The notes beneath the pieces were generated by a model, which worked only from the letters and a program-made list of their open reading frames with translations, had not been told where the DNA came from and ran no database searches. Source: Carcharhinus longimanus (lineage: Eukaryota). Taken from it: DNA of 64,000 nucleotides. Both the position numbers and the translations under genes were made by a program. Positions within the stretch are counted from its first letter, which is position 1. Each line of letters begins with the position of its first letter. Shown here in pieces: positions 38,212-50,375 of the stretch. Location of the stretch: NCBI GenBank assembly GCA_030264375.1, contig JASCQW010000072.1, positions 107,932,674 through 107,996,673 of the forward strand, written 5' to 3'.

Positions 38212-38437
38212 TGGTTAGCACTGCTGCTTCATAGCACCACAATTCCCAGCTTGGGTCACTGTGGAGTTTGCACATTCTCCCCATGTCTGCATGGGTTTCC
38301 TCCCACATTCTGAAAGACGTGCTGGTTAGGTGCATTGACCCGAACAGACGCCGGACAGTGGCAACTAGGGGAATTTCACAGTAAACTTCACTGCTGGTGT
38401 TAATGTAAGCCTTACTTGTGACTAATAAACAAACTTT
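38212..38437 (+). mobile_element. V-SINE, alternative-tail subfamily
   Basis: ggttagcactgctgc...gtaagccttacttgtgactaataaa. Confidence 0.82.
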
Positions 38438-38549
38438 GCTTACTTTACTAAGCTGGAAGCAATGAGGAAAACCAGCTACAGACTTTGTATTGGACTGGAT
38501 TCACTGCTTTCTAAACCCTATTTTAAAAAAATCTGTCACAAAACATAGG

Positions 38550-39840
38550 AGTTGCTGGCTAGGCCAACATTTTTATTGCCCAACTATAATTGTCCTCGAG
38601 AAGATGGGAAATTGCTTTCTTGAACCACTGCAGTCCAGGTGGTGTAGATGCATTTTCAGTACAGTTTGGGACAGAGTACTCGGATTTTGACCCAGCNNNN
38701 NNNNNNNNNNNNNNNNNNNNNNNNNNNNNNNNNNNNNNNNNNNNNNNNNNNNNNNNNNNNNNNNNNNNNNNNNNNNNNNNNNNNNNNNNNNNNNNNNNNN
38801 NNNNNNNNNNNNNNNNNNNNNNNNNNNNNNNNNNNNNNNNNNNNNNNNNNNNNNNNNNNNNNNNNNNNNNNNNNNNNNNNNNNNNNNNNNNNNNNNNNNN
38901 NNNNNNNNNNNNNNNNNNNNNNNNNNNNNNNNNNNNNNNNNNNNNNNNNNNNNNNNNNNNNNNNNNNNNNNNNNNNNNNNNNNNNNNNNNNNNNNNNNNN
39001 NNNNNNNNNNNNNNNNNNNNNNNNNNNNNNNNNNNNNNNNNNNNNNNNNNNNNNNNNNNNNNNNNNNNNNNNNNNNNNNNNNNNNNNNNNNNNNNNNNNN
39101 NNNNNNNNNNNNNNNNNNNNNNNNNNNNNNNNNNNNNNNNNNNNNNNNNNNNNNNNNNNNNNNNNNNNNNNNNNNNNNNNNNNNNNNNNNNNNNNNNNNN
39201 NNNNNNNNNNNNNNNNNNNNNNNNNNNNNNNNNNNNNNNNNNNNNNNNNNNNNNNNNNNNNNNNNNNNNNNNNNNNNNNNNNNNNNNNNNNNNNNNNNNN
39301 NNNNNNNNNNNNNNNNNNNNNNNNNNNNNNNNNNNNNNNNNNNNNNNNNNNNNNNNNNNNNNNNNNNNNNNNNNNNNNNNNNNNNNNNNNNNNNNNNNNN
39401 NNNNNNNNNNNNNNNNNNNNNNNNNNNNNNNNNNNNNNNNNNNNNNNNNNNNNNNNNNNNNNNNNNNNNNNNNNNNNNNNNNNNNNNNNNNNNNNNNNNN
39501 NNNNNNNNNNNNNNNNNNNNNNNNNNNNNNNNNNNNNNNNNNNNNNNNNNNNNNNNNNNNNNNNNNNNNNNNNNNNNNNNNNNNNNNNNNNNNNNNNNNN
39601 NNNNNNNNNNNNNNNNNNNNNNNNNNNNNNNNNNNNNNNNNNNNNNNNNNNNNNNNNNNNNNNNNNNNNNNNNNNNNNNNNNGCATCTTATTGATGTCAC
39701 ACACTTGTCAGTGATGGAGGTGGTGGATGGAGTGCCAATCACGAGGCAGCTTTTACCTGGATGGTGTCAAGCTTGTGTTGTTGGAGCTGTATCCATTCAG
39801 GCAAGTGGTGAATATTTCATCACACTCCTGATGGGAAGTC
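38550..39840 (-). mobile_element. LINE 3' end spanning a 986-N gap
   Basis: ctggctaggccaacatttttattgccc tail on the left, ggatggtgtcaagctt...atccattcaggcaagtgg on the right (reverse of the 22990-23100 family). Confidence 0.65.
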
Positions 39841-40215
39841 TTTTTCCAGGAGTCCCCTGGGTTTAAAATCCATTTCATCATCCAAGATGAGCATCATATA
39901 GAATCACAAAAAGATACAGAATAATCTAACAGAGTAAATACATGGGGTTCAGGCCTGGGTGGGATTGTTGTTGGTGCAGGTGTGATGGGCCAAATGACCA
40001 CCTTCTGCATTGTAGGGATTCTATTCCAACTTACTTTAGTATATCACAAGCTAAAAACAGGTCACAATTAGCTGTTTTAATAGCACAGTCCTCTTCAGGA
40101 AGATTTCCAAACAAAATCATTTAAATTTGTAAAGTTGCAAGCTCCCAGCCAGATACAAATGAAAAAGGACATGTAGCATAATAAACAATTCATAAATAAA
40201 GAGTTCTAACTTTAC

Positions 40216-40350
40216 CTGGGAATATTCTGATCAACAGTTGCACAGCCATACAGGAACACTATGATCCCAACCATGGATGCTGGAATCAGTAATTGTGTGT
40301 AGACTCCAAGCCAGGCAAAATAGAAAGCAATCTTCTCACCAAAGTACTTC
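40216..40350 (-). CDS. ANO1: ANO1 exon 10 equivalent (TM1), [44 protein letters not shown](S)
   Basis: 135 nt, tttcag|G...AG|gtaaag. Carries the anoctamin YFGEKI..YFAWLG signature. Confidence 0.96.
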
Positions 40351-40904
40351 CTGAAAAACAGTGTTTCACCATTTTAGGTATTTCCAGATGAAATCAAAAT
40401 AAGATTTCATCCTCAAAATAAGAAACTCACATTGAACTTGCATTCAAATCTGTTGAACCACATTTTCTCCTCTCTCCAGTTTTCACTCAATTTTTCACAA
40501 TTGCTTTCGTATAGCTCATTGGGAAAGGGTGAATCATGGATGTTGACACCTCATTTTCATTAAGAGTGTCACTGCCACTTGCTAGAATTCATCTGACCAG
40601 TGATCAAAAGCTTTATCAAGCTATGCCTCATTAATTGATTCTTGAGCAGTTCCCTCTTCTTCCTGGATTGTTCAAATGCCCAACTTTGAGTGTCTCTCAC
40701 GCTATGGTTGTATGTTTTGTTGGGACAAGTCTCTTGCATGAATGAGGGAAGCAGCACTCTACATCCCCTTACCTAACCACTCAATGTCACATGTGAATTC
40801 CAAAATGGTGATTACTTGACAAAATTGTGTCCTATTCATTTGAGAAATATTGACAGCCCAGACTCCCAACACTATGGTATCTGATGGTCTCAATGCTGTC
40901 TCCT

Positions 40905-41222
40905 CTAGAATACAAAAACCCTGCAATACAAGAGGCCATTCAACCTATCCAGTCTGCACCAACAACAATTCCATCCAGGCCCTATCCCCTAAACTCCACT
41001 ATTTACACCCCAATCCCTCTAATCTAGACATTCTGGGACACTAAGGGCCAATTTAGCATGGCCAATGCACCCAACCTGCACTGGATGGTAGGAGGAAACC
41101 AGAACACCCAGAGGGAATACACACAGAGAACATGCAAACTCCATACAAAGTGACCCAAGCTAGGAATCAAACCCAGGTCCCTGGAGCTGTGGGGCAGCAG
41201 TACTAACCACTGTGCCACCCCC
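40905..41222 (-). mobile_element. V-SINE (HE1-like)
   Basis: Ends ...cagcagtactaaccactgtgccacc (reverse head). Confidence 0.85.
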
Positions 41223-41225
41223 TAA

Positions 41226-41660
41226 TGGAGACTCAAAGCAGACCGGGTGACCACATTGCAGAACTTTGTTCTGTCTGCGAGCATGGCCCTGAATTTCTGT
41301 CGTTTGCTATTTCAACTCACCAATTTGCTCTCATGACCATATCTGACCTTGGCTTGTTCTAGTGTTCTAGTGAAACCCAACGCAAATTGGAGGAACAGTA
41401 TCTCATCTTCCAATTCAGCACTTTATATTTTACATACTTCTGGACTTAACATCGAGTTGAACAATTTTAAGATATGACCTTTCTCACCACCCCCTCCCCC
41501 ACACACTTTGGAACAAAAAAGTGTGTAGGATGTAAGGCAATCTCTCCTAGTTTCCACCTATAAGGCCTTCTTTGGTCTGCCTAATCTAACCCTTCTTATA
41601 TAAAATCCATCATATTGCTCCCTCTCTCTAGCTCATATATAGATGCAAACATTTCAGAAT
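41226..41660 (+). mobile_element. Penelope-like element GIY-YIG C-terminal remnant
   Basis: Degenerate GET.R.GD.IAE...CSSETQRKLEEQYLIF...SGLNIELNNF. A related fragment lies at 22560-22710. Confidence 0.7.
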
Positions 41661-41819
41661 TTGGATTCTTAATATTGTGGAGTACTGAAGAGAGTGGGCT
41701 TTCAAATAAAGATTATTCAAGGAAAAATAAAAATCAAATTTCTCACTTCAAATATTACTGCCCCTCCAAATGGCACCATGAATTTGTTAAGAACCTCCTG
41801 GGTTACCACATCAAACATG

Positions 41820-42860
41820 CAGGTAGAGCATGCAATTAGCAACGTAAGATGATACATTAATCTTTGTTGCGAGTGTAAGGGAGTCTTGCTGCAATTACAA
41901 CCAGGTTTTAGCAATATACTACTTAGGATTGTTGGAAACAATATACTTACTCAGGAGGGGATACAACAAATGTTCACGCGATTGATCCTGGTTTGATGAG
42001 AGATTGAGTGGATTGGGTCTAAAACCTCCAGAATTAAGAAAAATGGAAGATGATTTTGTTGAAAGATGACAAACCCTCAGATTTGTCAGGATAAATACCA
42101 GAAGATTGTTTCTCTTGGCTAGAGAGACTTGAACTAGTGTCATGATCTTGGGTGACTGGCCCTTTAGGACTGAGAAGGAACAATTCCTTCATGCTGAGTG
42201 CTGTGAAATTGGGGAATTCTTTACCCTAGCATGCTCAGTACATTCAAGACAGAGGGGTTTTGGTCATTAAAAAGGGGAGAGGGGGAATAAGGGGGGGGAA
42301 ATGACATTGAAATAGATAATTAGCCAAAATCTTATTGAGCAGGCTCAGACATACTCCTGCTTCTATCTTATGTTCTGGTGTAGGTGACACCGTAACATGT
42401 AGATGGATGCAGAAAGTTTCAAAAGGAACAACAATAGATTAAATAAATGTGTAGAACTGTGATGGATGTAGCCAAGCTCGGAAAGTGTTAGATCGACTTT
42501 GGACCCAAGGGAGATAGATCAGCTTATCTAAGTGGAGAGAAGCTATAGGAACTGTGGATGAGGGGGAGAGATTTAGTAATCCAAGAACAGAAATTAGTAA
42601 AAGATGGTGGCCAGGTGCAGCAATTTAAAGAGTCTACTGGAATACTGGGTTCTCTCTCAGGGGCTGGAAGTTATGTTGCAGCTGTACAGATCTCTGGTTG
42701 AACTCCATCTGGAGTACTACAGTCAGTTCTGGATACCAAACTCAAGGAAGAATTTAAAATCGGTCTAGGACACAGCAGCGTAGATTCAGCATGAATACAA
42801 CAAGTTAAAATATCAGGACATGTTTAATAGTCTCAGCTCAAAATTAGCAGATTAAAAAAG
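41820..42860 (+). mobile_element. Two decayed CR1 fragments
   Basis: gagagattgagtggattgggtct...tatcttatgttc tail, then catctggagtactacagtcagttctgg. CR1 resumes at 43255-43590 after the SINE. Confidence 0.7.
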
Positions 42861-44164
42861 GTATAGGGAGGCAGTGGTCTAGTGATACTGTCACTAGATT
42901 ATTAATTCAGAAATTCAACTAATATTCTGGGGGCCCAGGTTCAAATCCCACCACAGCAATTGGTGAAATCTGAGTTCAATAAAATATACCTGGAATTAAG
43001 AGTCTATTAATGACCATGAAACCATTGTTGATTGTTGGAAAAAAACCATCTGGTTCACTACTACTCAAGGAAATCTGCCGTCCTTACCTGGTCTGACCTA
43101 CGTATAATTCCAGAGCCATAGCAATGTCATTAACTCTCAACTGTCTTCTGAAATGGCCTAGCAAGCCACTCATTTCAAGGACAATCAAGGATGGGCAATA
43201 AATGCTAGCCCAGCCAGCAACATCCATGTCCCATGAATTTAATTTAAAAAAGTGTTTAAGATGATCGAAGCAATTGATGTGAGGGACAGTGATTTCTCTG
43301 GCGGAAGAACCCAGAACAAGGGAGCATTGCTTAAAATTAGAGCCAAGATATTCACTGGTAACATCAGCCATTACTTTTACACAAAATGCTGGAGGAAATC
43401 TTGAACACGTTCCCCAAGAAAAACTGCTTGAGGGTAGGTCAAATCAAAATTTTGAAAAGGCAACCAACCAACTTCATTTGATGAGGAAATTAAGGTTCAT
43501 GGAACCAAGGTAACAGGATGGAATTAAGATACAGATTACTCATTGTCTAATTCAATGGCAAAACAGACTGAATAACTTGCTGTCTTATGTTGAAATTTAG
43601 AGTTTCATTGAGTGGTTGTGTGACTAGATTATTTTTAATTGTTAAATTTTAAATCCATCTAAGCTGTTGCAGTCGCTTAAAAACAAGTTGCTCTGGTGGT
43701 CTAGGAAGACTCACCCTGGTGACTCCTTGCATGTTATTTTCTCTTTCCCATGCTTTGGATTCAAACACTAAAGCTGAACTCTCAACTTTCAGTGCACAAG
43801 CCTACTAAATTGATTCCAGCTCTCTGTAAAAGCAGAGGAAACTGCAGTGCATGATTTACTTTCACAGTGGATAACAAAAGGCCAAGGGCAACACAGGGTC
43901 TCAGACTGAGGCTCACTGTACATCCCTTCAAGTCTTGCTGGGGGAAATGACGAGTAGCAGAGGTGTGGGGAAGGGGTGGTAGGCTAATCTAGGTGCTGGC
44001 AACTTTGGTGAATGACAGAGAAGCTACTTCTACAAAAGTACTGACAATTATGAAGTAGGGAATGGAGATCAGCATTTCCATTTCACTGTGAACATGGAGT
44101 CAATGAAAGCACTCAAAAAGGAGATGGACAGATATTTAAAAGTTGGGGCAGAGTGGGTAGGATG

Positions 44165-44427
44165 TAAAGTTTATTTATTGCTGCAATGAAGTTACTGTGA
44201 AAATCCCTTAGTCACCACATTTCAGTCCCCTGTTTGGGTACACAGAGGGAGAATTTAGCAGGGCTAATACACCTAGCCAGCATGTCCTCCAGATTGTGGG
44301 AGGACACCAGAGCACCTGGAAGAAACCAGCAGACGTGGGAAGAATGTGCAGACTCTGTACAGGCAGTGACCCAAGCAGGGAATTGAACCTGGGTCCCTGG
44401 CACTGAGGCAGCTGTGCTAACCACTGT
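44165..44427 (-). mobile_element. V-SINE, alternative-tail subfamily
   Basis: aaagtttatttatt...gcaatgaagttactgtgaaaatccc...gtgctaaccactgt. Confidence 0.85.
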
Positions 44428-45085
44428 CAGTAGATTGGCTGAATGGCCTTTTAACATGCTTGGATCTGAATATTTATGCAGACATTCATTACTTGCTTTC
44501 ATGAGCAGTAATTATGAACTTAAGACTATAGCAAGTTTCTTTCCCTCCACTTTTGAGCACTCTACAGGTCACATCTTGATTGCTGAATAATTTGGAAAAG
44601 GTGAAACAGAAAAAGTACTTTGAACATGGTAGACTGATTTTACAATGTGCATCATAAAGTTACTCAAAATGGAGATAGCATTCAGAATACTTGTCCAATT
44701 TTTAACTACATACAAAACTGATTGTGCATTGCAACTCCTGAATGAATACTTTTCAAAGATAACTCAACAAAATTGGACAAATAAACTATCTTGTTTTGAA
44801 ACCAAAAGAAAAAATGCTGGAAAGTCTCAGTAGGTCTGGCAGCATCTGTAAGGAGAGAAGAGAGCTGATGTTGAGAGAACAGATGACCCTTTTCCAGCAT
44901 CCACAGTAATTTGTTTTCATCTTATTTGGAAGGCTCACTCTCCTTCACGTAGCAGATTATAAAATCCATTCTTTATACACCTATGTTCATGGTTTTGTGA
45001 GCAGTGAGAAGATCTTCCTTAATATTGCACATTTTCAAAAAAAAAGTCACACTTTTGTAGTTTTGACACATCACATTTTCCTTAC

Positions 45086-45150
45086 CTAACGAGATCAAGT
45101 GGCTGGAATTTGTAAAACATGCCATAACGAGCCCATTCTTTATATAGAAG
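45086..45150 (-). CDS. ANO1: ANO1 exon 9 equivalent, [21 protein letters not shown](R)
   Basis: 65 nt, ccctcag|CTT...AG|gtaagg. Matches [22 protein letters not shown]. Confidence 0.95.
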
Positions 45151-45339
45151 CTGAGGGAGAAAGAATATAATTAGTTTGTAACTCAGTAAAATTGCCTGAA
45201 ATCTAATGGCCTGTACAAGGCAACAAAATCAACCATTCAAGATGCACTTGCTTTTCTGCAAGACGAAGGGTACGCACCTATTAATCCCTGATGGAGCACG
45301 TTGTGATTGCAAGAGGAGATATCCTACCAAGGTGACTTA

Positions 45340-45595
45340 CAGCAGCATGGTGGCACAGTGGTTAGCACTGCTGCCTCAGCACCAGGGACCCGAGTTCAAT
45401 TCCTGGCTTGGATCATTGTCTGTGTGGGGTTTGCATGTTCTCCCTGTGTCTGTGTGGGTTTCCTCCAGATGCTCTGGTTTCCTCCCATATCCTAAAGGTG
45501 CATTGACCCAAACAGACGCTGGACTGTGGCGACTAGGAATTTCATGATAAGTTCATTGCAGTGTTAATGCAAGCCTTACTTGGAACTAAAACTTT
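45340..45595 (+). mobile_element. V-SINE, alternative-tail subfamily
   Basis: gcatggtggcacagtggttagcactgctgcctc...gttcattgcagtgttaatgcaagccttac. Confidence 0.88.
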
Positions 45596-45747
45596 AAAAA
45601 AATTTAGAAGCATGATTTAACACAATAAGGACTTGGAGAACCGTGTTCTAGCTGGACTTAGCTATTGGCAAAAACTTTAGATTCTGGGGATTGGGGGCGG
45701 GGAACAGTTGAACGTAGGCATAAGGATCAGATTGGAGTTCCATAACT

Positions 45748-46010
45748 GTAGAATCCCAACAACGCAAGTCTGTCCCAACTCTCTAAAACAGCATCTTACT
45801 CAGGCCCACATCCCTCACCCTATCCATGTAACGTTATGTATTTACCATGGCCAATTCACCTAACCTGCACATCCCTGGACACGAAGGGACAATTCACCAT
45901 AGCCAATCCACCCAACTTGCACATCTTTGGACTGTGGGAGGAAATCAGAACACCTGGAGGCAACCCATGCAGACATAGGGAGAATGTGCAAACTTCACAC
46001 AATCACCCAA
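45748..46010 (-). mobile_element. V-SINE (HE1-like), 5'-truncated
   Basis: acctaacctgcacatc...ggactgtgggaggaaa...gggagaatgtgcaaact. Confidence 0.82.
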
Positions 46011-46420
46011 AACAAAAAACCTATTTATACTTTATAAAATTGTAAATTCTTTCAATATCAATTTCTTTTGTGCACAGAATGCATCAGATATTCCACCGGT
46101 AAAATGTATTATCATGAACGTTATGATAACACAAGGTCCAGAACATGACCAAACCTATTACCTGAATATCTGTCCAATGAGCCCATTTCCAAATGCATTA
46201 CCTACATTAGCTCAGCAAGGATTGAGAGAAGAGCCAAGTAATATTTATATATAACCATAGTCCTGAAGAACATCAAGGAACTTTACAAATAGAACTCATG
46301 AAAACCAGCACCAAGGCAAAGGAACAAAAATTAGGAATAACTGCATGTTTGGACCAAGGATATGTGTTTGAGACAGAGAGATCAACAGACACAGACCAGA
46401 GAGAGACAGAATGGCCAAAT

Positions 46421-46759
46421 TGGCAGAGGATTCTGCCACCAATGGCAAAGCAATGAATAGAATATTTGAGTAACCTTGCACACATTCTCCAAAAAGTTAA
46501 GTGTCGATTTCACGTGAAAATTAGAGTAATTCAAGTTGGTTTTTTGCCAGTGGGGGTTCAGAGTAGAACCTCCCACAGAGTGCACTGCAGAGGCCAGTGT
46601 GATTATCATCTGTGGGCGAAGCTATTCCTGTAGTGTCAGCCTCCCGATTGCTAGCTAGCTTGGAAATCTGGTGCTGGGAGGCACACATCGCCCCCATATG
46701 ATTCTCTTGGCTCGCTGCACTAAAAAAAGTAGTGTAGCAGGATGGCAGAATCACAGCCA
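46421..46759. mobile_element. About 340-bp non-autonomous TIR element
   Basis: TIR tggcagaggattctgcca / tggcagaatcacagcca. Confidence 0.55.
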
Positions 46760-48623
46760 TAGTCTGGGTTTGAAGCATACTTAGGAACTGTGTAATATTC
46801 CAAAACTTTGAGGTCAATATTTAAATACTTTCAGTCAGTGAGTTTCCAATTACTGGTGAACGAACCTTAGTGTGCAGATGGAAAACAAACCCCTAAAAAC
46901 TACCCATGAAAAAACTGAGGCATTTAATTTAGGTAGTAATAAACTCTCAAAACTAAATTTCTTTTTATTTTATGAAATATGGGCATCGCTGGCCCCATCC
47001 CCAATTGCCCACCAATTCAGAGGGCTGTTGAGAGTCAACTGAGTCACATGTAGGCCAGACAGGGTAAGGACAGCAGACTTCCTTCCCTGAAGGACATGAG
47101 TGAACCAGATGGGCTTTTGTGACATTTAACAATGGTTTCACAGTCAACATTCTTAGATTCTTAATTCCACATTTTTACTGATTTCAAATTTGCTGTGATG
47201 GGATTCTAACCCAGGTCCCCAGAGCATTACACCCTAGGTCTCTGGATTCAAGTCTCGTGACAATACCATTACAACACTGCCTCCCCTAATTTGCTAACGT
47301 TAAGATGCCAGCAGAGTGTTCAGATGTTTGTTAGGTAAATCCCCTCGAGTAGCCTAGTCTGTAAAACTACATTTGCTCAAGGGCATGTTAGTGCCTCAAC
47401 AAAAATTCTCTGATGGATCTTGAATCCAGGATCACGTGCATGAGCATGACATGGCTGTGCACAGATTGTAAAATGTTGTTTGCACAACATCACTAACAGG
47501 AAACACCTCCTTTAACTAGGCAAGGTGACCCTTACTACTGACTCAATCACCAAGAAAAGCTTTTTTTGGAGCAGGGTTCAGCAAAGGTTCTGAGGACGTC
47601 AACCAGTCAGGCGTCATTAGTCTTTTTCACTTGAAGATCAGAAGATTTACATGACCTTTGGCCTTCATTTATTTTTGTGGGAAGATTATTTTGAACTGAG
47701 AACAGGATGAACTTCTGACTGTTCTATACAAAGATGCATCTCCAGAAAAAAATCTTAATGAACCCTTGCCTGAGAACATTTACATATACATGACCTAGAG
47801 CGGCTGTGGTCATCTTGGTCACTACAATTGAGCTCAGAACGGTTCACAAAATAATAAAGCTTCAACTCAAGTATCAGATTGGTTCTTGATGACTTAAACA
47901 AGGGCCCCAACAATTCCCATAGGAAACCACAGGACACTAAACAACAAATGCGTTACAAATATGTCTAAATGAGACACACAGATTGCCACAAAAACTTGGA
48001 TGTCATTATAATAAAGCAGCACTAACTTCCTGCATGATATTTTAGTCACTTGAGAAAACCAGCTGCAGTGGAGTGGTTACGGTACAAAGTACATTTTCTA
48101 AAATCTTTTGTCAGTTAAATTCCACAAAGGGTGGTTGGGGGAGGTGGGGAGAAGACAGGCAGTTAGAGGAGCAAATAAGACAACCTCCACATAATAAGCA
48201 GGACAAATTCTTGCTAAGTGGATTTGTTGTTAGAATATATTGTTAAAATAAGTCATTGACTCCTGACCTATTCAATACTGGCAGTTCTGCCCCAGCACCA
48301 ACTAGATCTTCCATAGCAATTCAGAACAGGAGAAACAAAAACGCTAGATACAAATTATAAAAGTTGAAAAATGTCAAACTGAAAAAAAGCATAATTTTTC
48401 ATTATTGGAAATTGAGATATTTTCCATTAATAACAGCATATCTCAGCCAAACACAAAAGGTGAGCTGATTACCAAATCACCCTCAAAACAGAAAGGGCCA
48501 TCTCCCAGCATGCATCACAGTGAGCTGCGAGAAGGAAGATGAGGAGAAAATATACTATAATGGTGAGCCCAGATAGGTTCACCTTGTAAACAGCAGGATA
48601 ATCCAACTGGCATCCATCACTAC

Positions 48624-48734
48624 AGATGGGATTCTCCAATCTTGCTCATTCCAGCCCTACTGCCAGTAAGAACAGAGAATATGGTGCTCAGCCAAAACAC
48701 CATTCACTGCAGCAGGTATGGGGAATCCCAGCCA
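48624..48734. mobile_element. MITE-like element, second short subfamily
   Basis: gatgggattctcc...gggaatcccagcc. Interior ggtgctcagccaaa is the reverse of tttggctgagcacc in the 59693-59821 copy. Confidence 0.65.
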
Positions 48735-48857
48735 CAGGTGAGGTTGAACATTTTCAGCATACAGTTGGGAAAAAAAAAATCCAAAGAATGTTTCAATGCC
48801 AAAGAACAGGAAAAAATGAAAGCATACACAAAACAATGTTCAGTTCAACAAAATTTA

Positions 48858-49157
48858 TAGAATTGTAGAATTCCTCCAGTGCAGGAGGCTGCCATTTGGC
48901 CCATCGAGCCTGCACCAACAATCCCATCCAGGCCTTATCCTGGTAGCCTCAGTATTGACCCTGCTAGTCCCCACTAGGGGGCAATTTAGTATGGCCAATT
49001 AACTTAACCCACACATCTTTCAGTCTGTGGGGGAAACTGGACCTCTTGGAAGAAACCCATGCAGACATGAGGAGAATAAGCAAACTCCATTCAGTGACCC
49101 AAGGCTGGAATTGAACCAGAGTCTCTGGCACTGAGGCAGCACTTCTACCATTTTGCC
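48858..49157 (-). mobile_element. V-SINE (HE1-like)
   Basis: Tail gccatttggcccatcgag, V-domain, ggaattgaacc reverse B-box. Confidence 0.85.
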
Positions 49158-49159
49158 CT

Positions 49160-49570
49160 TACATGCAGCAAGAGCCTACTGGTCCTCTGACAGCAGTGAG
49201 AACAAGATATGGAAGGGTGATAAGACCCCCAGAACCCATGAATGGCTTTTTGGGGTTGGGAATGCAATAGTAGCAAACATGGAGTAAACTGGGACAACCT
49301 GTAAACATGTTGGATAAAGACTTGGAGTCGAGGGAGGTGTAATATAAGGATTGGCATGTATAGGGTTAACCTGGGACTAAGTACAGTACTGTTCACACTG
49401 GGATATAAGAGAACAAATAGCCTGCTGTTCAGAATCCCACTGATGCTAAATGAGAGCATCCCAAAACCCAGACAGGAAATCTGAAACACTTTTAGGTAGT
49501 GTGTATTTTCAACTTGGTTGAATGAGAGGAGAGATATGCAAACCAGGGATGAGAGGTCAAGCTGTTGTGC
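49160..49570 (-). mobile_element. Possible L1/Tx1-like ORF2 C-terminal remnant
   Basis: Frameshifted YYT..RL..LYP...LLH...K.IHGFW pattern. Weak. Confidence 0.3.
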
Positions 49571-50059
49571 AATCAACTAAAAGAAAAACAAATGGGGGGG
49601 GGGGGGGGGGGAACAAAAAAAAAAAACAAAAAAACAAAACAAAATAATGGGAATAAAAAAAATGTTTACAATAGACACAATGTGGTCCATCTGCCATGTA
49701 ATCGTGGCAAGAGTTGGACCATGGATAGAATTTCAGTTTCAGGGCGAGCAGGAGTAGAAAATCCTGCTCATTAGGATCACATGAAGATACCCTTTATTCC
49801 CCAAGCTCAAATGCTCCTCATTCCCAAACAGCATCCATTATACAATGGAGCTAAATCCAGCAGATAGTTACCACACAGGTTATTTGTCCATGTTTGGAAA
49901 AGCAGTCTTTGGTTTCAGTGAAAGCGTAATCATGTCTATTCATGTTTTGGATTTTAACCAGTTGCTTTTTTAAACAATAACTTGCTTAGGGGAGAAGTGG
50001 TGGGGGCGGGGGGTGGGGGGGGGGGTACTTGTTTCTGTAGCTGGGTATGGCTATGATGA

Positions 50060-50375
50060 TAGCTTCATTCAAAAGGATTGTGAATCTGTGGAATTTCCTG
50101 CTCAGGTGAAGCAGTTGAGGCTACTTCATTGAACATTTTTAAAAGCAAGGATAGATAAATTTTTGAACAATAAAAAGGAAGATTTAGGTGAGCAGGCAGG
50201 CAAGAGGAGCCGAGTCCATGAAAAGCTCGGCCNNNNNNNNNNNNNNNNNNNNNNNNNNNNNNNNNNNNNNNNNNNNNNNNNNNNNNNNNNNNNNNNNNNN
50301 NNNNNNNNNNNNNNNNNNNNNNNNNNNNNNNNGGCCGTGATCTTATTGAATGGTGGAGTAGGCTTGAGGCGCTCC
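50060..50375 (+). mobile_element. CR1 3' end (gapped)
   Basis: ggattgtgaatctgtggaatt...gatagataaatttttg...gatcttattgaatggtggag. A similar copy lies at 55235-55475. Confidence 0.8.

Noticed and set aside
38559-39742. Long ORFs of 348-389 aa (also those at 991-1673 and 5220-5696)
   Set aside because: They consist almost entirely of X from N gaps, and the flanks are LINE/SINE sequence.
45345-45410. tRNA-like A/B boxes (here and in other copies)
   Set aside because: They are SINE heads followed by the V-domain and form no complete cloverleaf.
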